The translations under genes were made by a program, and so were the position numbers. Below are positions 36,101 to 49,400 of a DNA stretch of 64,000 bases, one piece after another. Positions within the stretch are counted from its first letter, which is position 1. Every line of letters begins with the position of its first letter. Source of the stretch: Tubulanus polymorphus (Eukaryota; Animalia; Nemertea); NCBI RefSeq assembly GCF_964204645.1, contig NC_134025.1:1922001-1986000 (forward strand). Reading direction: 5' to 3'. Below the pieces are notes generated by a model. That model had not been told where the DNA came from. It saw nothing but the letters and a program-made list of their open reading frames with translations, and ran no database searches.

Positions 36101-37533
36101 CGAAGATGGATTCATGTCGGACTAATTAGTGTAACCTTCTATTATATATATACAAATGACTTTGAAAATCTGAAAAATGAAATACAATGAACAAGTGCAG
36201 GTCTATGATATACACGCATGGCGTTTTGAATAGAAAATCCTTTTAGTGTAATATGAAATATAACAACAAAAAACTAAAAGCCAAGTCACAAGATACACCA
36301 CAATATACCCACATCTTGTCGTCATAGAATTTTTTTTTTCAAAAATTGGGCCAAATACAATGAAGCTTCTACATTTGATTGGGCAATTTGAATTGATGAT
36401 TACAAGTCAAACAATAGTTATACAATTTGCAATATACTATGATAATCCTCTACAAAAAGGAACTTGTACGTATATACATATATCATGAAATGTATCATTT
36501 ATATTCGATCTTGGAGTTGAAATGGAGTTATGAATTTAACTAGTGGCTGTAGATGAGAACAGGTGTCATTGATTTAACTATTTCTCATCGGACATATCAA
36601 ACAAATAATAAGGAGAGGTTTATCTCGTATCTGCCATATTCAAAATTTCTAAATTCGATAAGAATGACTTATCGAGAACTGAAGTTTTAAGTTATAATCA
36701 TTTGACCACCTGTGGAATTTCTCTTGAAAGCAACATCTGGTCTTTTAGAGCGATGTTTGATGTGTAAATGAGGGGAAGGAAATCAGTTTTAGATATTCTA
36801 AATTCGATTATAGATCAAACACGGAAAGTTCTTGGGAACATTTAGGTTCATCGCGTTTGTATTAAGCACGCTTTACACAAATTTAATAATCATAATGATT
36901 GGTGTCGTGTAGTCGTGTGTCAGCTTGCCCGGGAACCAAATCATTTACTTTGAATATCTTAATCTTCACAGCGGTTAATAAAACCAAATTTGTTATCAAT
37001 ACATCGGCGTCAAAGGAAACCTTTCCGAGTTAATTGTTGATCGCTTTTCTAATAGCTTTTTCCAATCTCTGGAGTCATGTAGTTCTGTGGCTTTGTGCCA
37101 GTCCCGATGCCATTTCCTTGTGTTAAGAAAATAACAAAGTCAAGATATTGAACTTAGCGAAAATTGCTTAGCACGAGACACTGTAATGCATAATTAGTGA
37201 CTTGCAGTCGCCATCAGGAAGTTCTATCCATAAACCAATAACCAATTATTGTTTGCTTACAATTTATTTCATCGTTGCGACAGTATAGCTAAGGAAATTG
37301 ACAGGGAGCCCGACGGACTTTGCATGCACCTTCACACAAAAACAATGTCACAATCGATGGACATTTTAGTCGATGGCAACTAAACATAAAACGCATAAAT
37401 ATCTAATTAAACGCCAAGACGCGACTAAATTGATTAAATGTAAACTCACGTGAAAGCAATGTACATATTTAAACGCTTTAAATCTATCTAAGAATGATCG
37501 AGTATTTTTAGTTTTAACCTTAACCGATCTTAC
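33135..37533 (+). other. pros: U12-type (minor spliceosome) AT-AC intron of prospero, 4399 nt, with a nested GT-AG pair at 33152-37511
   Basis: 5' site ATATCCTTT (33135-33143), branch site CCTTAAC (37518-37524), 3' TAC ending at 37533. The phase-0 join gives ...[21 protein letters not shown]. Confidence 0.95.
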
Positions 37534-37688
37534 ACCAGCACTCTAACGCCGATGCACCTGAGGAAAGCGAAACTGATGTTCTTCTTCGTGCGATATCCGA
37601 GTTCCGCTATTTTGAAGGTCTACTTTCCGGACATCAAATTCAACAAAAACAACACGGCTCAGCTTGTCAAGTGGTTCAGCAACTTCAG
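37534..37688 (+). CDS. pros: prospero coding exon 2 (Prospero-type homeodomain)
   Basis: [51 protein letters not shown](R), followed by the donor AG|GTAAGA. Not present in the ORF track. Confidence 0.97.
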
Positions 37689-40600
37689 GTAAGATCATTT
37701 CTACATTTTATGTTTTTCAAAATCTTAATTATGATGTACATATTGTCAATGGTTTTTAGCTTAGCTTCAAAGCAACTGTGCTCTTATCTTACATCGAACG
37801 TAATCATTAATCGATAGGGTTCCTGCAGAAATATATATACATATATTTTCATTTCGGTTTCAAACGATAGATGTGCCTGACGTGCGTGTGCTTTGTCATA
37901 AATCTCAGACACCTCCCAGGTTCTGCAGCTCTTAGCAGTGTCAAGCTTGCTTTAAGCAAAAAAGGGAATTGCCTAATTGCTTTCGAACGATTAAGGTGAA
38001 GAGTTGTCTAATGCCTTGAGTGGGAAACAAAAGACCGATTCGGTCCCCAAGTGACAGTTTCAATCAACTAAGAGATGTTACTGCGCATATTACTGAACAT
38101 TTTACTTAATGCATGCATCAAAGAAAGCGCAGATAATTGTACGATGGTTAAATGTGTGTTAAGGGCTCGTTTTTTTTACTAGCTTCTCGCGTCTCATTAG
38201 CGTACACCATTCTACAGCTGCTGTCCTTCCTTAGTAAGCTCCTACTTTTACGGAATCAGCCAATCAGACGGCTAGGTGTTGCCACTTGCGACGTCAAGTC
38301 GTGCATTACTGCGACAGAAAGCGACTCTTGTTGATTACTAACAAGTTTCATAAGACTATAAAGAGCGCTTACAGTGACTCAATAATGTATAAGGAAATTT
38401 ATAGAAGCATTATAGGATTTTTAAAACATAAAACACAGACTTCTATTTGTGCAGTTGAGTAAATTTGCCAGGCAATTTTCTAGATGTCATGATTAGTGCT
38501 AGTAAGATATAGAAATAAAAGAAGCCAGGCTATAATTCCACCTGACTGGCGGTAACTATTGGCAAACAAAGGACGTTGAAGCGAAAAGAAATGCGACCGC
38601 CATCCGGTCTTTTGTTTGTTTAGCTGAAATTATAGATTACCAACATTTTCACAGTTCAATAACTAATGCATTAAAAGGAAGCGAGAGATTTAACATTTTG
38701 GAGAATAAAACACAGACCTGGATTGAACAGTTATCACTAGGAAGACAAATGATAAATGCGTCAACTCGTGATTCTAATCTTTAGGTCAAAAAGTATATCA
38801 AAGTAATTTGCTCGCTCGCGTAAACAACAATATCAGCTTTATAAAAATCTGAATACATGGAGCAAATACAGCACTTCCTAAACTTTGTTATTCATTGTTA
38901 GACGCAATTCAACAATATCATGCAAATGATGATCATATTTCATCAGATGTTTTGATAAATTTACATCTGCACAGATGCAGTTCAAGGCGAAAGCTACAAA
39001 ATGTATTTTCCATTGTACTTCATTAATGATAAAGTGGCAAAACTGGTAATGAGTACAAGACATAAAAATGGTTGGCGCACTGCGCCCTTCATCAAACATG
39101 ATAAGTGTGTAACATTTCAATTAAACATCATCGGATAATACCTAGCTAATCACCGTTATCCTAATGAGCTAACAAAAGACCGCGTTTCTTAATGGTCCTC
39201 AGTCGGTTCGTAATAAGATAAAATGCAATAAATAGGTTTATTTTAGACCCGTGATCTGTCATAAACTGTCATCTTGTGTCGCATGTAATCATTAAACAAA
39301 CGAAAGCATCACAAAACAGTTGGTTTGAAGTATAAATCACTATTTACTTTGGTGATGGACTATTCTTCTTCATTCAAATAAAGTGATATTAAGGACAGCG
39401 TGGTATAGAGGTACATTAAGATCTCCTCAAGTGATTTTGTAGAGCTTTCAATAGTTTTTGAAACCGGAAAACAGAACTGCGTTAAAATATCCGGGATATT
39501 CTCTGAGAAGTGAGCAATATGGTGAAATAGACATGTGTTGTGGAGATTCATCAAGGTCTTTTATTACACAGCTATAGATCGCACGTCATGGGACACTGAT
39601 ACATGAGCTGTTACACTCTAAATATTCCAGTGTCCCTGATTTATTTCATTATGAAAAATTATAATTTCTCCTCGCTAACTATGAATCATACTATGATAGA
39701 AATTTCTTAATGATGATTGTATAATTTTAGTATCAGTATTATTCGGTATAGAATTACTGCTATATCATTACGAGTAATAAATTAATCATTGACTCATTTC
39801 TTGATTGGTTTCTCAAGCCAATATACGCATAATATTCATATATTTATGATGTGAGAGAAGGTCGTTAATGAGCTAGTTGCCATGTCATGAGGCTACTTAA
39901 CAGCGGCGAGTGACCGCCGATACCGAGCCAGTGTCTGTCTCTCCCCACTCTCTCTCGTTGTAAGGCGCATGGAGAGAAACCTTCGTTTAGTTCCCATCGG
40001 AGAAGACAATTAACCTAATGTTTAATAGTAATATAGCAGCGCGCAGGGTAAAGCACACTACACGATCAACCGCATCCGTTATTGTCACACTGGAAATCTC
40101 TACATTGTTTAAGATCCTATTAAACTTTCATACAATCGGTTAAGGGAGTCATGCTATTAAGTCAGTTGACTTGCTACTGGAAATGGCTTCAATACAATCG
40201 TATTTACCGCAGACTTTCGTCAGTTTGTTCAGGTCAGCGTCCAGAATAAAAGGTTTAGACGTTGATCGACGAAAGGTGGTCAATATATGCCTCATAGTCG
40301 TCCACGTCGCTGCCTTTCTATTGTACTATGTTTGTCATTGTATCTGTAATAAAGATAATGTCGTGATCCCAACAGCACAATAGATCAAATACTAATGATT
40401 ATTCTCAGTTTTATGTCTGGTTAAACGTTAATGACCTCGTATTTACTAATTGTTCCAGTCAATTATTCAGCACACGATACTATAATATTCTTCCCCGATT
40501 CCTTAACTAACTTCGAATCACGATACGCTCGTACGTACAACCTTTTCAAACCACGGCTGATACGAGTGGTGTGTAGGTATATCTGAATCCATATCACAAG

Positions 40601-43169
40601 TTAGGACAATCTTTTAAGAGATGCATAGAAGAGGGATTAAAATAAACAGATGTTTTAAAGGGTGTTGAATATGCATGCAACTGTAATCGTGAACATTACG
40701 TGTATTAGGGATTATCATCATCTTTGACACTAATAGAAACATGAGTTTCATATTCAATATCAATCCGACGACACGAAATGAAAAACACAACACTTTCAAA
40801 AGATATCTATAACTTTTGAGTGTCATCTATCGGATTTTCTATTCGAGAGTACCACTCATTTTACATTTCATGCTGGTTATTCAAATGGTTTAATTCTTAA
40901 TTCTATTTCTCAGTTCTATAATCTCTTACGGATGTTTTTTGGTATTTCACTTTTCTAACCTGTCGGTCTGGTGGCTCTATAGATATGAGACATACTGCGA
41001 GTTCTGCGAATTAATGAAGGCGAATTGAAATTGACAATAGACATTTTAATAAAATCTACTCTGAAAGCCGCTGTATATCAAATTGAAGCACAGCCGCAAG
41101 AAATATTTCAATATGAATTTGATAAAATAAAGAACTTTATAATTTCCTTAATAATGCCCGACAGACTCTTCGTCAAAGTGACAATGAGTTATGGATAGTT
41201 TAATTTAATGCTAAGTTGGAGTATAAGATACACATTGAATAGATTTTATAAGAATCGCATGCGATATGGTATTATATGATGCTTTTGATGTAATCGCCCT
41301 CATATCCATAACAAAACATAGATTTATCAGCCCGATTCTCGGATCACAAGGAAGTTTACATACCTATTCCGGCTAATGTTCATATCCTTTTAAAAATAGA
41401 ATTTTCGAAACAACAGTTTTTATATCAATGATGGAAAACTAGAAGATTTTTGCTCTAGTTGGAAGGTGTTTTTGAATGAGTTTTGTAGAGTATTGTCTTG
41501 TGCGTGTCAATGAACATATGGAGCTCGGAAAAACGAGTAGCTAACAAGTAGTGAACGAACGCCTCGGGGAATAAAAACTACTGCTTTTTATAACATACGT
41601 AAATCTCCCTTTGTTGACTGTTTCATCAAAAAGATCCTCGAGTTGCATTCATTATATGGCAAAAACTACGTTTAAAATCGCATGTACTAACTAAGTACGT
41701 AGAAGTTTAATAAATTTTTAAAAGAAATAGTAATAAGTTGATGAACTGAAATTTATGTTGTTTTTGTGTCGGCTGGTGACAAGTTCAGGTTGTATGTAGC
41801 TGGCGCATATTACGCCTTCCAGGATGAAGTCTTGTGTAAGCAGAGATCCGTTTATTGCCACTTATAAAACATGCCTGTAAAATTAACTTGTCACCGAGGA
41901 AAAGACGAAATAACATCTTGTCCGATGACAAATTGTCGGCGATGTGTACACATCGGTCAAGGTTTCATATTTTCGACTTGCGGATTGCTCATTACTGCGT
42001 TGACAGCATCAATTACTGATATTAAAGGAGATAACCAGTAAATATCTGCTAAGGTTTTGTGATTTGACAACTTACTGAAAACTTGTTATGACATTGTTAA
42101 TTGGCGAATGATTGCCGCCTGGTTGAGACGTGATGCTTCAGGCTTACGAGACGTTCTGTATGAACCGTATCTATTACTTTGGGACACTATTATAATCATC
42201 AAATAAGCTCTACTGAGTCTGAAGAATCCACCGCCAATGGCAAAATTTAATTTTGTAATATAAAACTAGGCTCGATTCCGAGCTACTTAAAGTTGATAAT
42301 ATAATAGTATATGACAGTACGAGCAAGTCCAATCTGACTTACATTATAATCTCAAATTACAACTTGAGAATTGATATTCAATTAATCGTGATTATAATTG
42401 GGATGATACATTGACTCTTTAGTATCCGTGAACTGTTGCCTCGACGGTATCGAGGCTTCGGAAGCGTGCCAGACCCGAGTCATATCCCAATTGTATATTC
42501 AGAAGAAATATTAGCTCGCGTTTTGTATTCATATTGTCCATTTACCTGTAAGGAACGTTACAATGAATGCTTAAGACTCCGTAAATAATGGGCAACACCC
42601 AAATCCATCTCCAAAGTTTAGAACTTATAATAAAGAGATTGAATTGTCTGCTGATTTCAAAATAGTATCAATTTACCGATCTAATTGAAGTACAGCAGCA
42701 TCACCGCGCTCGTATAGCCCGAGGTTGTTCTCAGGGTGTGCGATTCTAATTATCATCGCTTATTGTCGGCACAGTGTTGCATCCTTCGATACACGCCAAC
42801 TTACTACGCATTTGAAGATGTTCACCCAGCAGGAAATCTCCTTTTCACGCGACAAGGCATAGAGCAATTTACATTTCTTAATTATTAATTATATCATTAA
42901 CTAGTTACAAAGCTATGGGAAAATAACAATATGGTAGACACAGTAACGCAACTTCTATCTATAAGTACCTCGTGGTTGCAATAATTCACTAAAACTGAAA
43001 CAGCTGGCTAAATATCAACTTTATTCATTCTTTGGTTTAATATTGATAGGTTTTATGACTGAATGTTTAAAATAATAACCATATAGTAAGGATACTAACA
43101 ACAAGTCATCGAGGCAGTAAATTGCGTCTCTCCCCGACGAGCAGGTGATACTGCAACTATGAATTCGAA

Positions 43170-43583
43170 GTAGATTTAGATGCTCAGCTCACAGGCTACC
43201 GGTGGAAGTTGGGCGGTGGCGTGGAATTGCCCGTGCCAATAGGCTGTGCCAAAAGTGTGATTTAGGGGCGGTGGGGGATGAATATCACTTTTTACTCGTC
43301 TGCCCGTATTTCCAGGAATCCAGAGCTAGATATATCCCGGAGCGTTATTGGAGATTCCCCAATAACGTAAAGTTGTATGATTTGTTTAACTCAAATTGCC
43401 AAACTCTTAAAAAATTGGCGTTGTATATACGCAAATGTTTAATACATTTCTAATGTTAAATGTTGCAATGTCTATTGTAAATTAATTTTGTGCTCTGTGC
43501 AATTGTATAATTGTGGAGTAAATAAACTTAACTTAACTTATCACTTAACTTAACTTAACTTAACTTAACTTAACTTAACTTAA
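43170..43583 (+). mobile_element. 5'-truncated non-LTR retrotransposon (RTEX/CR1-like 3' end) with an (ACTTA)n tail
   Basis: RFRCSAHRLPVEVGRW...RLCQKCDLGAVGDEYHFLLVCPYFQESRARYIP Cys/His motif, stop at 43453, AATAAA at 43521, then (ACTTA)n. Confidence 0.9.
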
Positions 43584-46403
43584 GTCAGTATCCCGTGGAC
43601 AGAATGTCCCTTCACATTAGATTCGGGATTATGATTTTAGATTGTCTATTCTATGCTAATAAGCAAGTAAATAATTAGTCAGACAGCTGCGATGAAGATA
43701 TAGATAATATGTCATAATAATAGCGAGCTAGCTCACAGGTTAATCGTCGCAATATTCCCAGGAAACAGATGTCGCTACAGCAAGAAACTCGGCTTAAAAT
43801 TCGAATTCTACATAAATACAACGAAATTTATTCTATTTCGAAAATCATTTGCATACGAATTTTTCGATGTAAGTGTAAATGAATAGCAATTCAAGATATA
43901 AATTTAAGTACATCCCCTGCGTGGATACTTAATATCATCTATTACAGCAATAATAGTCAAATACAGCGTGTTTGTGGTATATTTGAATTGATGCTGATTT
44001 ACATTTATGGGCTGAATCGATATGTTTCTTAAAGAAATATAAATCTGCCGTAAAATCAGACCACACCTCAGCGATCAATTCTAATTTCTTGAGCGTTTTA
44101 GAGAAATGTGATATATCTCTAACGATCACTTAATATACGCCTTCAAAATTGATGACAGGCCCTGCAGACTTGTTGGTTTTACTGTACATCGTGTTCGCTT
44201 CGTTGAGTCGATCTTTTCATGTGTGCAGCAGTTTAAAGCCTTCTAGGCTTCAATCGTAGTTCATTTTTTCTCGGCAGCAAAAATCAATGACCCCATAAAA
44301 CTCCTGGATAGAATCTTCGTCTGGCTTCAAAAGTGATCCCAGAGGGGCCCCAGAGGTTCGCTCACTCTTCTAAGGCTCTTTAAAGTTTCATACACAATAA
44401 AAATTCGACCTTAATACGCACTGTAGTCAGAACATTAATCATAGCATCTAGAATTTCAGTAATAATTCTTTATGAAATGGGCCCCGATTATGCAGAAAAT
44501 ATGAATTATTATTTGATATACATGCGTTAGTCTGAACCTACCTTTATATTAACATACATAAAGGTAATTAAGGTTAATAGTGTAGGTAACATCTTGGTAG
44601 TTTATAACATAAGGGGACATGAATTCGCGAGCTGAACCACCTGTGTATTTAGAGAAATGGAAATAAAATAGATGCAGATTAATATCTATCATTCTAAACA
44701 AGCTGCTTTCTTGTAAAATGAATGGCAATTTCAATTCTGATTCATTACCATCCAAGTCATTCGTATTAAGCCATTTTCAAGCGCAAATCTACGAAACATT
44801 CCGATTGAGCGCATTATGCATTTCCATGGTAATGTTCAATTAGAGCTTATGTCACTAATCATCTCAGCGGTCAAGAACTGGAACTACGATCACTTGACAA
44901 GAAATCCAATAACGGTCAGAGCGCACCTGATGGATTTAATTTCATCCTATAAATTGCCGTCTTCTTAAACTTACAATAGCTGTAGACAAAGGTCGGTTGG
45001 AGAGGTCAATATTAGGTTTCAAGTAATGGTCAATTATGAATATTCAATAAAGTTTTATGAGGAAATCTTACTGTTCTCGGCGCGCGCGTTCGCCAAACCT
45101 TTAGTTATCGGTGAAAGGATATTTATATCCTTTCATGATAGAAATGAAAAGCTCCACACGCAGCCAGGCTAACACAGAGGTTTATTCTATCTATGAGCCA
45201 CGTGCCCATATTCCTAACTGAATATTGGAAATTAGGTGCAATTACAAGTGCCAGCAACTGGCGAAGAATAAACAATCGAAATTCAAATTATGTTGAAAGA
45301 GTGTAAATTTGAAGATGTAAGTATTTGTTATCTTGGATAGACCGAGTTGATTTTGGATCATTTCAAAGATGTGGAAGTTGGTTCAGCAGTTTTCATTAAA
45401 GTTGCACCTGTTGCGACGATCAAACACTAGAAAAACGCCCTGTTATCAAAAAGAAATCGAAATGAACAAAAAGCATCGAGTCACTCGTAAAATCAATAAT
45501 TTCTTTATTTTTTTGTATTCATTTTCCCCGGTTTGATAGAGTCGGGTAACCACACTTGAAGAGTATAGTGTCTACTTTATACCCATATGTTTAAAACTAA
45601 AGTAAGAAACGGCTATTGTTCAAATGTTGACTATTACAAACAAATCATCCACTTCCCGTATAGGATCCAGTTCCACGTTTTACTATTTTTCTTTTGTTAG
45701 AAAAATCGGAAATTTCTCTCACATCCGTGGAACTGGTGGTGAACTTTTAGATTTTGGCGCGGAGGACACCGGTCACAATCGATGTAATTTCTGTGGCAGC
45801 AGCCGCCATCGCGCGTAGCGTGAGCCATTGATTCAGAGTGTGAAAATAAAAAGTACCGGTGCTTTTCACGAACGAGACTTCCCCTCAGAACGGAAAGCCA
45901 TGAATAAACGCGCTTACAAAAGGATGTCGTCTTTCTCTTCAGTGATAAAAATCATGAACAGGATGCACGAATATCCCGATCATTCATCGGAGAATTTATA
46001 GTCATAATTTTCTCCTGTCGATTATGATCGCAGCAGCTCTCAAGAAGAAAAGTGATTAGCATGTAAAAACGCCAACAGAAAAGACACGACGATAAACGAA
46101 GACAATGAACTGCACTCGATACAAACAATGGCTACAGAATTCACAAAATACTCCCTATCTCTTCCATCTAGACAATGAATACATAAAACATCTCGTCTGT
46201 TTCTATAAAACCATATGGTTAATAAGATATGAAAAAGAACAATCAGAAATGCACGTGGGTGACTCCAAGTATACGGGCTTATTCATCTATCTCTCGCGGT
46301 GATATCCGCAAAAAATGATACTAAAACTTCATTTCAATTTACATTCGAATTCTTTGTTGTCGTCTCTTACATTTTTTATCGCCGGAATCAGACTCGGACA
46401 CGA

Positions 46404-46406
<3 letters not shown>

Positions 46407-46438
<32 letters not shown>
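46407..46438. repeat. (GA)n microsatellite
   Basis: About 16 GA units. Confidence 0.95.
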
Positions 46439-46440
<2 letters not shown>

Positions 46441-49400
46441 CATTGCTTTGATTATCTTGGACGGGATATATTTATACGGATAGTTTTGTCGACTAATTTG
46501 CTTCGGATTAAGTCGACTTCAAGAAGAAGCTCTTGTAAATCCTTTATAATGAATGCATCTTTCATATTCCTACCGTCCAGCGCAATTTCCAAGTTAATTT
46601 TGTAGCTGGCATTGCAATTTATTGTACTGACAGGCTCGTTGCAAAAGTGAACGAAAACTTAAGCTACTTAAGCTTTGCTATTAAGTCGTTGCTGGATTGA
46701 TGCAGTGAATAATTACCCTTCACCGATATTTGATGGTCTCACGGTGGCTTTCGGGTACGTTTTAAATAGCCTATCGTTATCTCACATCTCGTCAAGAAAG
46801 CATAAGATAATTACGACGTGAACACATCACGACGTAAATCTGACAGATTAAAAACCACGGTTTACCAGGGAAGTATAGTTCACACACGAGGCATCAGCTC
46901 GGATTCGTTGTATTCTAGTTCATTTTGCCCCAATTATTCATTTTATATGCATAAAATACCCCCGAATATTCAATTCAAATAGAATTCGCATTTTATGCGA
47001 GTAATCTCGATCTGCATATAGGCGCCAATCCCTATTTCTAGATTTATTTCTTTTCTCAAGGCATTCGTTCTATCGAGGAAAGTTTGAGAGGAAACCCGCG
47101 TGTATGCGTGGTCTTTTGTTGTGGCATTCTACATTCTGAAGGATCGAGTCTCAATGAGTTACAGGCTCTCAATCACCGTGAACTGTCTTCTGGCGATGTC
47201 TCAGACAATATAACCGGCTTCCCGAATTGACAGTAAGAAGCGTAGCTACTTCAACGATCAATGATACTTCAAGACAGTACTATCGTTTACAAGACGGCCT
47301 TAATGAATCTTAATGTCAAAAGCACGGTGTAGGTTTACTTAGGTGAAGACTCACATAAAATAACATCAGAGGTAGAATCTTGTGTAAGTGTCAATCTACC
47401 TGAAGCAAACAGATTGTGTAGACACCTCTCAACCTTACTTCCTACAGCGTACCAATTACCGGTTACTGATTCTAAGACCACTTCATCGACGAACGACAGG
47501 AAAACTCATATCTTTCCAACACGACTTTCATCTTTCCTTCGAGCAGTGACAAATACTTTACACGATACACTGATTTCCTGTAGAACGTCAATTCAGATCA
47601 AAGGAACTTTTGACATAAGGCACCAGTGACCATTTTTTTTGACCTGTTCAAATTTTGATGAAGAACCATCACCACATCAAACAAACATATTAAACCAAAA
47701 GCAAGCTCGAAGCATGCAGTGGTTGGAAAGTGCTTCCGTTTTATATTTCCACGTTTCTCTATAACGGCCATCGTCAAAAGATAGTTTATACGGTTACTAC
47801 TAATACCAGGAAGGGTAACGTTGCCTCTTGAGAGTGCTTTATAACAACTCAAGATTAATGATCAAAGCCATCAACATATCATCCATTTTCCTTGATGGGT
47901 CGGCGCCCTTTCTCTTCGTATTTCCCCTTAGATTCCCCAAATTACATCAACCAAGCGGAGGCCACTTTATATAATCATATTAGGCAAGATATCCTGACGT
48001 GTTGAAACTACACATAGATACATTAGATCGACTTGAATAATAAATAAAGCACTAATCTTTGTTGAAAGATATTATATATAGCGGATCTGAACTAATGGAT
48101 ATAAGTCTCCAGATAGTTGGAAGATTTTAATAACGACGTACAAAGAGCTGAATGAAAATATCATCGTTGTTCACCCGAGGGAGACGCGTTATAGATCTTC
48201 CCGCATCCTCCCACTTTACTTTTCAACCGTTAATTTGTAGAGTCGTTTGAATGCGATGTTGCCCCGCAGTCAGAAATGAAACCAATGATTAATGACAACA
48301 TTCAGCAATGAATTGCTAATTCTGACATTCTGTGAAATTCAACTGCGGACATCTGTTTTGACGGACGGTTTTGATAGCTCTTTAAGGTGTTTAACTTCAT
48401 GGTGTAGTCGATCGAGTATTTGACATATGGTATTAAACAGTAAAGGTTAAGATGATTTTGTGCTGATGGCATTAAATGTCGCCAGAGTTTGAAATGAATA
48501 GTAATGATAAGTAGTATGAATGAAAACGAAACAATAGTCTTTATAAATGGTCGAGAAATGTCGCATCGTTTTTGCTAGACTGTTGTAGCACACGCGGGCT
48601 GTGTTTCGTGCCATCTGCTTTGGGAAACACTCGAACTATCGCACAGGAGACAGTTCGAAATGTCTGATATTGGAGAACTTCATGCAGCGCACACGTATAT
48701 GTGACATCTGATGTGGATATCTATATAACTGTACCACACAAGAATTAAATGCAACCGCAACTTAACACCTTTTTTCTATTCAGTCTAAAACGTGATTTTG
48801 ATTCTTTTTGAAATGGAGATTATTTTCATTGTGATGTCTTTATATCGGATGACCGTGTCATTTTTTTAATTGATCTTAATATCGGATATCCGTGAACGCA
48901 ACATATGGCCTTTGTGTAGTCGATTGTGTAGATAGTTTATGCATAATCTAGGAAATAATGATTTAATTTCTAGACATAATGTTTATCTAATCAAATAGTC
49001 GTTGAATAGAAAAAAATAAATTTTCCTGTTGATGATCTTTTCTACATTGAAACATCAATGTTTTTTTAAACCGCGTGTCATTTGTTTTCTAAACAATCGA
49101 TTCTTGGATTTTTTTAACAGGATAACAAACAGTCGATATTTTTGTCATCATATATTATGTATTTCAACGATTTCCTAATTCTACAGTTGAAAAATGTCCG
49201 CGCGACCTACCACGAGGTGTACTGCACATGCGCATTACCCGAAGCGGTTTTGAATAAAAGGGTGTGGAATTTAAATGGCAAAAAAGACGCTTTGGTGATT
49301 CGCGTGTAAACTGATATTTAGAATAATTTGAAGATAAAGATTTCCCGCTGCCGCTTTTTAGTGACAAAGATAGTTTCACTATTACTGGTCATCACTGTTG

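Noticed and set aside
33121-37538. Alternative outer GT-AG pair (AA|GTATGG at 33121 to CCAG| at 37538) as the prospero intron
   Set aside because: The donor is phase 1, while the AG acceptors at 37538 and 37511 need phase 2, so the homeodomain would be frameshifted.
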